A DNA stretch of 64,000 bases, taken from the NCBI GenBank assembly GCA_903894565.1, contig CAITQP010000006.1:32033-96032 (forward strand), read 5' to 3'. Shown piece after piece: positions 40,135 through 49,508 of the stretch (position 1 is its first letter; each line of letters begins with the position of its first letter). The notes beneath the pieces are model-generated. The model was not told the DNA's origin. It was given only the letters and a program-made list of their open reading frames with translations, and searched no databases. Made by a program: the position numbers and the translations under genes. Source of the stretch: an uncultured bacterium. Lineage in GTDB: Bacteria; Patescibacteriota; Minisyncoccia; Phycocordibacterales; UBA9973.

Positions 40135-41454
40135 ATGGAATACACAACACAAGCACCAGTCGGAAGAGAGGCAAAAGTAGCAACCATCGTAAGCATCAAA
40201 TACTGCCTGTATGCGAGAAAAAGTACAGAACAGGAAGACAAGCAGGTACTATCCATCGACAGCCAGATCAAGGAAATGGAGAAGATGGCCGCGGCCGATA
40301 ATCTTGAAATCGTCACCATGAAAAGAGAGTCACACTCGGCGAAGGAGGCAGGACAGCGACCAGTCTTCAACGAAATTGTCGAGGAGCTGAAAGCCGGAAA
40401 ATATACCGGCATTTTGACATGGGCACCGGATCGAATCGCCCGCAACGCTGGTGACCTCGGCCGAATCGTCGACCTCATGGATCAAAAGAAACTCATTGAA
40501 ATCCGCACCTACGGTCAAAAATTCATGAACACTCCGAACGACAAGTTCATGCTTATGATTCTAGGCTCGCAGGCAAAACTTGAAAACGATAACAAGGTCA
40601 TAAACGTGAAGCGCGGACTGCGAACGAGAGCCGCCATGGGACTGCGCCCGTCGATGGCACCGACTGGATATCTAAACTCAAAGAACAAAGACGAGAAATG
40701 CCAAGTAATAGTAGATTCCCTCCGAGCACCAATAATAAAAGAAATGTTTGAAAAAGTAGCGAATGAGAATTACTCTGGCCGAAAGATTTACAAATGGCTC
40801 AAAGAGATAAATTTTACAAGCAAAAGCGGAAAATATGTCACGCTCGGAAATATTTACAGAATTTTACGAATGACTTTCTACTACGGCGTATTTGAGTATC
40901 CCGAAGGCTCGGGCGAGTGGTACACCGGAAAACACACACCGATTATTACACAAGAATTATTCCAAGCGGTACAAGCAAAAATACAAGTTGAAAAGAAAAA
41001 AGCATACGGCCGCGAGTTCGCCTTTACGCGTATGCTCCACTGTGCGTACTGCGAATCGGGTATTACCGCGGAAGAGAAAATCAAAGAACTGAAAGATGGA
41101 AGCTCGAATAGTCATATCTACTACCGATGCACAAAAGTCAAAAACCGAGACTGTCCGAACGAATCGGTAAAAGAATCAATACTGATTGACGAGATGCTAC
41201 CGATTATAGACACGATGAGCCTCGACAAGACAGAACTAAAACAAAAGCTCGAAAAGGAGGTTGCACGGTACGCGCTTTTCCAGACCGGCGTGCTTCGGCA
41301 GGACTTACCGCAATCGAAAAAGCACAAGGACATTTCAATCAAGACTTTCGCGAAGTACATGCTCCAGCATGGAACGTTGACTGAGCAACGGGAGGTGCTG
41401 AGTTGTATCAAGAGCCGGATATTACTGAGGGACAAGAAGCTGACGGTCGAGTAA
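40135..41454 (+). CDS. large serine recombinase LSR2, paralogue of LSR1
   Basis: YARKS, DRIARN, GKHTPII, CAYC...YYRC. Confidence 0.93.
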   Translation: MEYTTQAPVGREAKVATIVSIKYCLYARKSTEQEDKQVLSIDSQIKEMEKMAAADNLEIVTMKRESHSAKEAGQRPVFNEIVEELKAGKYTGILTWAPDRIARNAGDLGRIVDLMDQKKLIEIRTYGQKFMNTPNDKFMLMILGSQAKLENDNKVINVKRGLRTRAAMGLRPSMAPTGYLNSKNKDEKCQVIVDSLRAPIIKEMFEKVANENYSGRKIYKWLKEINFTSKSGKYVTLGNIYRILRMTFYYGVFEYPEGSGEWYTGKHTPIITQELFQAVQAKIQVEKKKAYGREFAFTRMLHCAYCESGITAEEKIKELKDGSSNSHIYYRCTKVKNRDCPNESVKESILIDEMLPIIDTMSLDKTELKQKLEKEVARYALFQTGVLRQDLPQSKKHKDISIKTFAKYMLQHGTLTEQREVLSCIKSRILLRDKKLTVE

Positions 41455-41482
41455 ATTTTTTAGATGCTATACTTTCTCACGT

Positions 41483-42067
41483 ATGCAAAATTATAAAACC
41501 ATCATAAGTATCCTCGCTGTCGTTTTGATGGTTTTCGCGTATATTCCGTATATCCGAGATATCTTCAAAAAGAAGACAACACCCCACTCGTTCAGCTTTT
41601 TCATCTGGGGCTTTGGCAGTTTACTTATCTATGCGCTCCAAGTAAAAGGTGGCGCTGGTGTCGGCGCATGGGTCACACTCGGCGTTTCGCTTGTCAGCAT
41701 TTTTATATTTTTTCTGTCACTCTGGTTCGGTGAAAAAACGATCACGCGTTCCGATATCGTATTTTTTGTTTTGGCGTTGATCGCACTCCTTCTGTGGGTT
41801 GTCGTAAAACAGCCAGTCCTGTCTGTCATTCTTATCGTCCTGGTAGATATTTTGGGTTTTGCCCCGACGATACGGAAATCGTGGGACAAACCTCACTCTG
41901 AAACACTTTTTCTTTATGAAATGTCCGCCTTTCGGCATGCACTTGCGATCCTTGCTCTGGAGCAATTCAATATTCTCACGCTCCTCAATCCTGTCACATG
42001 GACATTGGCAAACGGACTATTTGCAATTTTTCTGTTAGCTCGCCGAAAACATCTTGCAAAGGACTAA
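41483..42067 (+). CDS. PQ-loop-like membrane protein
   Basis: YIPYIRDI...TTPH, PTIRKSWDKPHSET; two hydrophobic halves. Confidence 0.7.
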   Translation: MQNYKTIISILAVVLMVFAYIPYIRDIFKKKTTPHSFSFFIWGFGSLLIYALQVKGGAGVGAWVTLGVSLVSIFIFFLSLWFGEKTITRSDIVFFVLALIALLLWVVVKQPVLSVILIVLVDILGFAPTIRKSWDKPHSETLFLYEMSAFRHALAILALEQFNILTLLNPVTWTLANGLFAIFLLARRKHLAKD

Positions 42068-42068
42068 G

Positions 42069-42096
42069 TTGACTTTTTTGCCTCATCTGATACAGT
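42069..42096 (+). promoter_or_regulatory. sigma70-like promoter of the leader peptide
   Basis: TTGACT-16 bp-TACAGT with extended TG; ATG 6 nt later. Confidence 0.65.
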
Positions 42097-42102
42097 GAAA
42101 AT

Positions 42103-42177
42103 ATGTTCAGCCGAAACAACATTGCAATCGCCCTCATTATTATCCGCCCGACACGGGGGTCATTTTTTGTTGTATAG
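42103..42177 (+). CDS. Ile-rich attenuator leader peptide MFSRNNIAIALIIIRPTRGSFFVV
   Basis: 5 Ile in codons 7-14; contains a 13-nt antiterminator complementary to the downstream terminator. Confidence 0.7.
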   Translation: MFSRNNIAIALIIIRPTRGSFFVV

Positions 42178-42198
42178 TCACTTTTAAGCAAGTCTAAC

Positions 42199-42226
42199 AA
42201 AAAGCCCCCGTGTCGGGGGCTTTTTT
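42199..42226 (+). terminator. intrinsic terminator (attenuator)
   Basis: aaaaa-gcccccg-tgt-cgggggc-tttttt. Confidence 0.85.
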
Positions 42227-42227
42227 C

Positions 42228-42400
42228 GTGCCAGTGTCCTCGGGGAGTCTAGAACCCCTGAGGACGGTGGTTCGAAAGACCACTATAGCCATAACGCTAT
42301 GTCATGCGAGGCACAGGTTGCCAGACTTAGACAAGGAGCTCGAGACAGCTCACTGCAACAAAAAAGATCTCAGGTCAGTCCCGCCTGAAGTGGAGTTCTT
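42228..42400 (+). ncRNA. candidate structured RNA / structured 5'UTR
   Basis: Hairpins GTCCTCGGGG/CCCCTGAGGAC, GTGGT/ACCAC, ATAGC/GCTAT closed by GTGCC/GGCAC; further GTTGC/GCAAC and TCAGG/CCTGA. Confidence 0.45.
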
Positions 42401-42423
42401 TAATAATTTAATACAAACAAAAA

Positions 42424-42984
42424 ATGAAAAAGATTATCAAAAATCTTCCGATGCCTTCAAGGCAAGACTTAGTAAGAATATTTTCTTTTGAGCTCTTTGA
42501 GAAGAACGATTGGAATCCAATAACCAGTATTGCTCAGCCGATCGATTACTCACAAAAGGTTACGATCGAAATGGAGGAAGCGGACAAAAACCTCTGTATT
42601 CATGAAATGCCTTCAATCAAATGGGAGGACTTCGGTGAGTACTTAGCCAGCATTTACCGGAAACTCCAAACAAAGAAGTGCTACAAGATTGGTTTAGAGA
42701 AAGTACCGTACAATGAGCTCATGTTTTTCGCTATCTATTTCAGAGTAGATTGTGACAGGCACAACTACATAGGTCGTTTGATATCATTTGGTGAAGTTAT
42801 TCCGGGGTCAAGTCTCTATCATATTGATTTCAAGGAATTTGGAATTAACGTGCCAGGTATACCGCTATCAAAAGTTTTCTCTGAAGAATCTGGGCGTGAA
42901 GCAAAAAGAATTATACACAGTGCAAAAGTGGAAGAAAATATCCCAGTTTTTACTGTTGTTAATGAACGCCCAGGCTGTATGTAG
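42424..42984 (+). CDS. hypothetical protein
   Basis: 186-aa ORF downstream of the attenuator. Confidence 0.6.
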   Translation: MKKIIKNLPMPSRQDLVRIFSFELFEKNDWNPITSIAQPIDYSQKVTIEMEEADKNLCIHEMPSIKWEDFGEYLASIYRKLQTKKCYKIGLEKVPYNELMFFAIYFRVDCDRHNYIGRLISFGEVIPGSSLYHIDFKEFGINVPGIPLSKVFSEESGREAKRIIHSAKVEENIPVFTVVNERPGCM

Positions 42985-43024
42985 ATTATTTGAAACATCA
43001 AAAATTCACTCAAAAATCAACCAT

Positions 43025-43579
43025 ATGGAAAACTTTGCAGTTACCAGTCTAGAATACCTCTACGTTAAAAAATTTGTAGAGTATATGAGACCAAGAATTC
43101 CGCCAATATTTAACATGACCTTCAAAACGTTTGAGAACAGCACGCCTGAAGAGTTATGGAATACAGGGAGTTGGGCGTGGGATTCTTTGGAATACGGGAT
43201 TCCAATTTGTAAAATTGAAATTTCTTTTTCCAAGAAAGCAACAAAGAAAATCAAGAAAAAAATGTGGGAATTTCTGCCTCCAGATTTTGACCCACAAAAT
43301 TGCTTGGTTGAATTTGAGCTTTTGTCTAACGAGGTTTTGTATGTCTTTAATAATGTCTTTCATTTACCGGACTCTAATTCATTCCCCTCGATACGGTTTG
43401 CTCTCCGAGCCGCGTTCGGCCCGCTTGCGTACAAATCATATGACTGGTCTCCAAAGAATATTCCCAAAATAATGCAGGAATGGAAGGATGACTGGGAAGG
43501 TGTCTCTGAGGCTATCGATAAATATTACGAGGAACGACGTGAAAAAAAGAAAAAAAAGCGGGAGACTAAGAAGAAATAA
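43025..43579 (+). CDS. hypothetical protein
   Basis: ATG 43025; followed by a hairpin at 43599-43625. Confidence 0.6.
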   Translation: MENFAVTSLEYLYVKKFVEYMRPRIPPIFNMTFKTFENSTPEELWNTGSWAWDSLEYGIPICKIEISFSKKATKKIKKKMWEFLPPDFDPQNCLVEFELLSNEVLYVFNNVFHLPDSNSFPSIRFALRAAFGPLAYKSYDWSPKNIPKIMQEWKDDWEGVSEAIDKYYEERREKKKKKRETKKK

Positions 43580-43641
43580 GTTAACACCCAAGAAATATAT
43601 AGGGACACTCAAACAGTGTCCCTATTCTTTTGTTTATACCC

Positions 43642-44040
43642 TTAAATTTTCGTTATAAAATTTTCCCCATCCGAGTATCCTTCAATAACTTTTACATTTT
43701 CATTTTCAAAATACTCCATTGAGTTAAGGCGGATGGCTTTTTCAAACAGTTGGCTTGAATAAAGAGCAGGTGCGTTTTCGGCACGAGACAGAGTTATGTG
43801 AGGATATTTGTTTTTTGATTTAGGATTTTCAACAAGAAGATCATCGCCCATTTCATCGTACGCGCGCCCAATGATTTTTAGAAATGATTCCTTGCCTACT
43901 TCAATATCACAAAGGTCGTGAGGTTTGTATTCAATAGTCGAGTGATGCCCGAAAACCTTTTTATGCTTTGGCGGAAATCTGTTCAATAATTCTGGTATAT
44001 CTTGAACAAATTCGGCAGTATATTGTATTTCTTTTTTCAT
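43642..44040 (-). CDS. 2H-phosphoesterase-like protein
   Basis: Two HxT motifs: HHSTI and PHITLS. Confidence 0.6.
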   Translation of the reverse strand: MKKEIQYTAEFVQDIPELLNRFPPKHKKVFGHHSTIEYKPHDLCDIEVGKESFLKIIGRAYDEMGDDLLVENPKSKNKYPHITLSRAENAPALYSSQLFEKAIRLNSMEYFENENVKVIEGYSDGENFITKI

Positions 44041-44113
44041 AAAAATTTTAGGCTAATTACAACCATCATTATTCAAGTTCGATTCGCGGAGGGATACTCA
44101 ATCCTGAAAGGCC

Positions 44114-44153
44114 AAAAACCTTGCAAAATATGAGGCCTCCGCGTCGACCTTGG
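44114..44153 (+). repeat. 40-bp direct repeat, copy 1
   Basis: aaaaaccttgcaaaatatgaggcctccgcgtcgaccttgg, identical to 47553-47592. Confidence 0.95.
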
Positions 44154-44313
44154 CTGTGCGCTCGCTTGGAATCTAACCATCAGCGTCGCCCTTGTGGGGT
44201 AGCTTGTAAAATATAGGTTTTTTGAAGGGTATTTTATAGGTTAAGAAATAAACTTGCCTTTAGTGACCTAATCTAATATAATCTCATATATCTAATACAT
44301 TAGATTCGATAAT

Positions 44314-45363
44314 ATGAATTACAACAAACGCATCAAAAATATACCACAAAATCTCTGGTCGCTCATCAACCAAATTGATGAATTAAAAGGTCGTTGGGTT
44401 GGTGGGGCGACGCTCAATCCTCAGGCACTCGGACGATTGAAGCGTTCAGTACTCGTTACTTCGACTGGGGCATCCACACGTATCGAGGGTGCGAAACTAT
44501 CCGACGAAGATATTGAGAAAATGATGCGCGGACTTTCGATGCAGAAATTCACCGATCGAGATAAACAGGAAGTGCAGGGATATTATGAACTTCTAGAAAA
44601 TGTTTTCAACTCATACGAAAAAATTCCTTTTTCAGAAAGCACTATCAAGCATTTACATCGAGAATTGTTGAAGTATGCGGAGAAAGACAAACTCCATCGT
44701 GGAGAATACAAAAAAATTGAAAACAAGGTTGAGATGATAGACGATGCCGGAAAATCTATCGGTGTGTTATTCGACACAACTCCCGCATGGCTCACGCCAA
44801 AAGAAATGCAAGAACTCGTGGAATGGACGCGTGAAGCAATCGGGCTAAAAGAAATTCATCCGCTTCTCATTATCGCCAATTTTCTCGTTGAGTTTCTAAA
44901 CATTCACCCGTTCCAAGATGGTAATGGTCGTCTTTCGAGAGTACTGACAAATTTGCTTCTCTTGCAGGCTGGCTATGAGTATGCGCCGTATGTTTCGCAT
45001 GAGAAATTGGTTGAAGATAACAAAGCTGATTACTATCTATCTCTCAGAAAAAGCCAGAAGACACTCAAGACCGAAAAACCATATATAACACCGTGGCTTG
45101 AATTCTTTTTCAGGGTTCTATTGACGCAAGCAAACCAAGCCATCGAATTATTATCAAAAGAAAATATTGATAAGCTTCTTTCTCCAAAACAACTTCTTGT
45201 ATGGAATTATCTCGAAAAAGTATCAGAAGCTACCCCAGGTGAAATTTCAAAAAATACTAAAGTTGCGCGACCGACCGTATCACAGGCACTCGACACACTT
45301 CTTCGTTTGAAAAAAGTAGAACGTATTGGACAAGGACGAACTACGAGATACAAGAAAAAGTAA
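44314..45363 (+). CDS. Fic family protein with C-terminal HTH
   Basis: HPFQDGNGRLSR; inhibitory STRIEG motif. Confidence 0.93.
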   Translation: MNYNKRIKNIPQNLWSLINQIDELKGRWVGGATLNPQALGRLKRSVLVTSTGASTRIEGAKLSDEDIEKMMRGLSMQKFTDRDKQEVQGYYELLENVFNSYEKIPFSESTIKHLHRELLKYAEKDKLHRGEYKKIENKVEMIDDAGKSIGVLFDTTPAWLTPKEMQELVEWTREAIGLKEIHPLLIIANFLVEFLNIHPFQDGNGRLSRVLTNLLLLQAGYEYAPYVSHEKLVEDNKADYYLSLRKSQKTLKTEKPYITPWLEFFFRVLLTQANQAIELLSKENIDKLLSPKQLLVWNYLEKVSEATPGEISKNTKVARPTVSQALDTLLRLKKVERIGQGRTTRYKKK

Positions 45364-45374
45364 AAGGAACATGT

Positions 45375-47507
45375 ATGACGAATCAAGAAAAACTCGCTTT
45401 ATATCGTTCATTGTTTCGTGGTCGCGATGATGCATATCCGCGTCGATGGGAAAAGAACGGAAAGAGCGGGTGGACTCCCGCATATTCTTTCGACTGGAAC
45501 GAGTTTAACACGCATAGGGCGAGAGGTGGCTCAATAAAAGACTTCGAACATAAAACACTTCTGCCTGTGACAAATGAGATTTTGCTAAATCATCTTCTCG
45601 GAAAAGATACTGTAGGTATTTACCCGATACTTCAAGACAATACTTCGTATTTTATTGTAGCCGATTTTGATGAAGCCGATTGGAAAGCCGATGCAAAAAA
45701 ATTAGTTGACGTTTGTCTAAAACAAAACCTATCTGCATATTCAGAAATTTCACGCTCGGGAAATGGCGCTCATGTCTGGATATTTTTCGATGATAAATAT
45801 CCATGCTGGAAATCGCGATCAATTTTACTCGAACTTATTCGAAAAACATTCAGATATTCTGAATTTGCCAAGGAAATAAGTTTTGATCGGTTGTTCCCAA
45901 ACCAAGACACTATAACCGATGGCGGATTCGGAAACCTGATCGGGCTACCGCTTCAGGGCGAGCGTGTCATGCACGGCGCGTCTCTTTTTTGTGATTCCGA
46001 AAACTTTTTTCAATACCCTGATCAATGGGAATTTTTGAAGACTATTCATAAACATACAACAGAAGAACTCGACAATCTATATGATGAAATTTTCGGGCGC
46101 AAGGAATCACAAATTGAATCTACAGCTTTGAGTACATCCGACGTTCATATTACTGTTGATGGTTCGGTAAGAATCAAAAAGCAGGAACTTACATCGGGCA
46201 TAACTGCTTTCATAAAAGAAGAACTGAATATTTTCAATAAGGAATACGCGGCGAAAAAACGCCTTGGTAAATCAACATTCGGAACTGAAAAATATTTTAA
46301 TCTGGTGCAAGACCGCGAAGACGAGGTTTCGCTACCGCGAGGATTTTTGGAGAAACTCATTGTATATTTTGAATCTGAAAAAATTCCACATCAAATTATT
46401 GAAGAATACAAAAAACATGAAAGTATAAAATTCAAAAGCACTATTACTATCCACCCAGAACAAGAAAAAATACTCAAAACTATTGAAAACAAAACTAACG
46501 GCATAATAGTTTCTCCTCCTGGAAGTGGAAAGACGATTGTTGCGCTTGAGCTCGTGACAAAACTTAGATTACCGACGCTCATTCTCGTCAACCGAAACCA
46601 GTTGCTTTCGCAATGGGTCGAGCGAATTGATCAATTTTTTGGAATTCCAAAAATACAAATCGGAGTTATTTCAGGTACCAAGAAAAAAGTCGGCAAGCAG
46701 ATCACTGTCGCCTCATTGCAAACGCTTGTGCGTTACAAAAATCTCAAAGAAATTCTGGGTTCATTCGGAGTAATTATTATTGACGAATGCCATCACATAC
46801 CGGCAAAAACATATCGTGAACTTATTTGGTCATTCAAAAGCAAATATTGCTTCGGACTCACAGCAACCCATGAGCGAAAGCACGGAACGGAGAAAATAAG
46901 TGAGCTCATGATCGGGTCAGTCATAGCAGAAATGAAATCGGAAGATATGCCAGAGGTTAAAACATTTGAAATAACTATTCATCCGACAAAGATAACTCTG
47001 CCCTTTCGATATAAAACCGACCATTATGAAGCACTGGCGAAAGTCATATCGTTTGATTCTGCTCGTAATGAATTAGTCACCAAAGCAATTTTGAAAGAGG
47101 TTAAAGCAAAACGCAAAGTGCTTATACTTACCGAGCGCAAGGAGCATCTTGAAATACTTAACCTATACCTGCGTGGTGAAATTGAAACTATTTCCATTTC
47201 CGGTGACGATTCAGCACGTTCACGAAAACTTAAACTCGATCAGATTAAAGCAGGTAATTTTCGATTGTTGCTCGCAACAGGCCAATTACTTGGCGAAGGA
47301 TTTGATGTTCAAGGAATTGATACTATTGTGCTCGCATTTCCTTTTTCATTCGAGGGAAAACTCACTCAATATATTGGCAGACTGCGTGGCGAAGGAGTGA
47401 AGCATATTATCGATTTTCATGATGAAAAAGTAGAATTTCTTGATCGACAGTTTCAGAAAAGAAAAAGATTTTACAAAAATAAGCTTGGTATTGTCTTAAC
47501 CGAATAA
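45375..47507 (+). CDS. AEP primase-like (TOTE-type) domain fused to an SF2 DEAD/DEAH helicase
   Basis: LFRGRDD, VADFD, EISRSGNGAHVW, GNLIGLPLQ; PPGSGKT, IIDECHH, QYIGRL. Confidence 0.85.
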   Translation: MTNQEKLALYRSLFRGRDDAYPRRWEKNGKSGWTPAYSFDWNEFNTHRARGGSIKDFEHKTLLPVTNEILLNHLLGKDTVGIYPILQDNTSYFIVADFDEADWKADAKKLVDVCLKQNLSAYSEISRSGNGAHVWIFFDDKYPCWKSRSILLELIRKTFRYSEFAKEISFDRLFPNQDTITDGGFGNLIGLPLQGERVMHGASLFCDSENFFQYPDQWEFLKTIHKHTTEELDNLYDEIFGRKESQIESTALSTSDVHITVDGSVRIKKQELTSGITAFIKEELNIFNKEYAAKKRLGKSTFGTEKYFNLVQDREDEVSLPRGFLEKLIVYFESEKIPHQIIEEYKKHESIKFKSTITIHPEQEKILKTIENKTNGIIVSPPGSGKTIVALELVTKLRLPTLILVNRNQLLSQWVERIDQFFGIPKIQIGVISGTKKKVGKQITVASLQTLVRYKNLKEILGSFGVIIIDECHHIPAKTYRELIWSFKSKYCFGLTATHERKHGTEKISELMIGSVIAEMKSEDMPEVKTFEITIHPTKITLPFRYKTDHYEALAKVISFDSARNELVTKAILKEVKAKRKVLILTERKEHLEILNLYLRGEIETISISGDDSARSRKLKLDQIKAGNFRLLLATGQLLGEGFDVQGIDTIVLAFPFSFEGKLTQYIGRLRGEGVKHIIDFHDEKVEFLDRQFQKRKRFYKNKLGIVLTE

Positions 47508-47552
47508 GATTACAGGTTCGATTCTTTGCGGGGTGCTCGATTTCAAAAGGTA

Positions 47553-47592
47553 AAAAACCTTGCAAAATATGAGGCCTCCGCGTCGACCTTGG
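47553..47592 (+). repeat. 40-bp direct repeat, copy 2 (abuts the tRNA-Arg 3' end)
   Basis: Identical to 44114-44153. Confidence 0.95.
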
Positions 47593-47595
47593 ATG

Positions 47596-47667
47596 TGCCC
47601 CCGCGAGGAATCGAACCTCGAATAGCGGCTTAGAAGTCCGCAGTTATATCCATTTAACTACAGGGGC
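47596..47667 (-). tRNA. tRNA-Arg(TCT)
   Basis: GCCCCTG acceptor, GCGGA-CTTCTAA-GCCGC, CGAGG-TTCGATT-CCTCG. Confidence 0.9.
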
Positions 47668-47735
47668 GAATGGGCACAGTGGTAGCATACAAAAAACGCT
47701 CGTATTTAGCTAGCTATTGGCGGAGTATGTTCGGG

Positions 47736-47808
47736 TGCGCGATGCAGGACTCGAACCTGCGACCTTTCCGGTGTAAACGGATTGCTCTACCAACTGAGCT
47801 AATCGCGC
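47736..47808 (-). tRNA. tRNA-Val(TAC)
   Basis: GCGCGAT acceptor, TCCG-TTTACAC-CGGA, GCAGG-TTCGAGT-CCTGC. Confidence 0.93.
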
Positions 47809-47901
47809 GCTTCATTGTTATACCTTAAATATGATGAAATTACAACAGGGCAAAGGGAGGTGGGTAGACAGGAAAGCGAGATACGAATATAGTACTAGCA
47901 T

Positions 47902-48699
47902 ATGGAATATACAGACTACCTTCCGTTTGCGCTCGACCTTGCTCGTGATGCCGGTGGCATCATGCGACAAAATTTCATGCTTGGCATGAAAAAAGAATGG
48001 AAGAGCGATGCAACTCCGCTAACAGAAACGGATACCAAGATTCATACACTTGTATGCGATTCGATTGCACGTGAATTTCCAAGTCACTCCGTGCTCTCCG
48101 AAGAGGGGGATGAGGAAGCCAAAAATCCAACTACTGAATATGTGTGGGTGTGTGATCCAGTTGATGGCACACACAATTTTGCTCATGGTATTCCGACCGC
48201 TACGTTTGCACTCGCACTTGTACAGAACGGTAAACCAATCGTCGCTGTTATCTACGATCCGTTTATGGACCGATTGTTTTATGCAGAGAAAGGTAAGGGT
48301 GCGTTCATGAACAACAAGCAGATTCATGTATCCGACAACCAGACCGTCAAAAAAACAGTCATCGGTATTGGCAAGTGGTCAAACGAAACAACGAATCTTT
48401 TTCCGGTTGGTGAACAATTGCGCGAGCGTGGCGTACGTCTCGTTACAGGACTTTCGATTGACTATATGGGAGCACTCGTTGCAGCAGGAGAGTTTTCCGC
48501 CACAATATTTGGGGGCACATCTCCGTTTGATACGGTCGCAATCCAGCTTCTCGTGGAAGAGGCAGGGGGCAAGGCAACAGACCTCACTGGAAGCACTGTA
48601 GAGCGCTACGATCGGGAAGTTCCTGGACAGCTTGCAACGAATGGCTTGGTTCATGACGAAATTTTGCAACTCATAAAGGAATATGGAGCACGATCCTAA
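47902..48699 (+). CDS. inositol monophosphatase family protein
   Basis: LSEEG, WVCDPVDGTHNFAHG, VEEAGG. Confidence 0.92.
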   Translation: MEYTDYLPFALDLARDAGGIMRQNFMLGMKKEWKSDATPLTETDTKIHTLVCDSIAREFPSHSVLSEEGDEEAKNPTTEYVWVCDPVDGTHNFAHGIPTATFALALVQNGKPIVAVIYDPFMDRLFYAEKGKGAFMNNKQIHVSDNQTVKKTVIGIGKWSNETTNLFPVGEQLRERGVRLVTGLSIDYMGALVAAGEFSATIFGGTSPFDTVAIQLLVEEAGGKATDLTGSTVERYDREVPGQLATNGLVHDEILQLIKEYGARS

Positions 48700-49483
48700 A
48701 ATCGAAGTAAACATTCCCATCCTCTACGAGGATGCGTACTGTATGTGCATCAACAAACCTGCCGGACTTGCAGTTCACGGTGATGGAAAAGCAGATGAGT
48801 TTACGCTTGCTGATTGGATTCTTGAATATCACCCAACGCTTGCTCCTGTGGGTGAGCCACTACGTGTTCGAATTGGAGGAGAAGAGATTACGGTCCCGAA
48901 GCCAGGGATCGTGCACCGACTCGACAAAGATACCTCGGGAGTCATGGTGCTCACAAAAACTCACGAAGCATATGAATTTTTCAAACAGCAGTTTCAAGAA
49001 CGAGAGATACAAAAAATGTATCTCGCCTTTGTGTATGGATGGATCAAAGAAGATGCGATGGAAATTACAGGTTCGATCGGTCGTGATTCGAGTAACATCA
49101 GGCGCTGGACTGTTTCCAAAAACGCACGTGGGACTCTGCGTGATGCTGTAACAAATATTCGTGTTGTGAAGCGATTTGGTCATTCTACGAATGGGGGAGA
49201 ATATGATGGCAAGGGAAGTACCGAAGAGGGAACGTTTTCAATCGTTGAGGCTCGTCCAAAGACAGGAAGAACACACCAAATTCGCGTGCATATGCGCTCT
49301 GTGAACCACCCAATCGTCGGAGATTCACTGTATGCGCCAAAGCGTGCTCAAGGGCTTGGGTTCGTGCGTCAGGCGCTCCACGCACGCGAGCTAACGCTCG
49401 CGCTCCCGTCCGGCCAAACCATTACAGTACAAGCCCCATACCCCGAAGACTTCCAAAAAGCCCTCGAGGTTGCAAATGCATAA
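48683..49483 (+). CDS. RluA family pseudouridine synthase
   Basis: [31 protein letters not shown]. Confidence 0.93.
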   Translation: MEHDPKIEVNIPILYEDAYCMCINKPAGLAVHGDGKADEFTLADWILEYHPTLAPVGEPLRVRIGGEEITVPKPGIVHRLDKDTSGVMVLTKTHEAYEFFKQQFQEREIQKMYLAFVYGWIKEDAMEITGSIGRDSSNIRRWTVSKNARGTLRDAVTNIRVVKRFGHSTNGGEYDGKGSTEEGTFSIVEARPKTGRTHQIRVHMRSVNHPIVGDSLYAPKRAQGLGFVRQALHARELTLALPSGQTITVQAPYPEDFQKALEVANA

Positions 49484-49508
49484 GCAGTGTGTTAAAGTAC
49501 GCCCTGTT

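Larger units (their letters stand above)
39501..47601. mobile_element. putative tandem genomic island at the tRNA-Arg(TCT) 3' end
   Basis: TGTGCCCC at 39501-39508 and 47594-47601; internal junction at ~44154; LSR2 inside. Confidence 0.7.

Noticed and set aside
42210-42491. 93-aa ORF across the structured region
   Set aside because: Starts within the terminator stem, overlaps the next gene out of frame and has no RBS; the RNA-structure explanation fits better.
47625-47641. A31-G39 mismatch in tRNA-Arg(TCT) suggesting a pseudo-tRNA
   Set aside because: Other arms are intact; a single mismatch is insufficient evidence.
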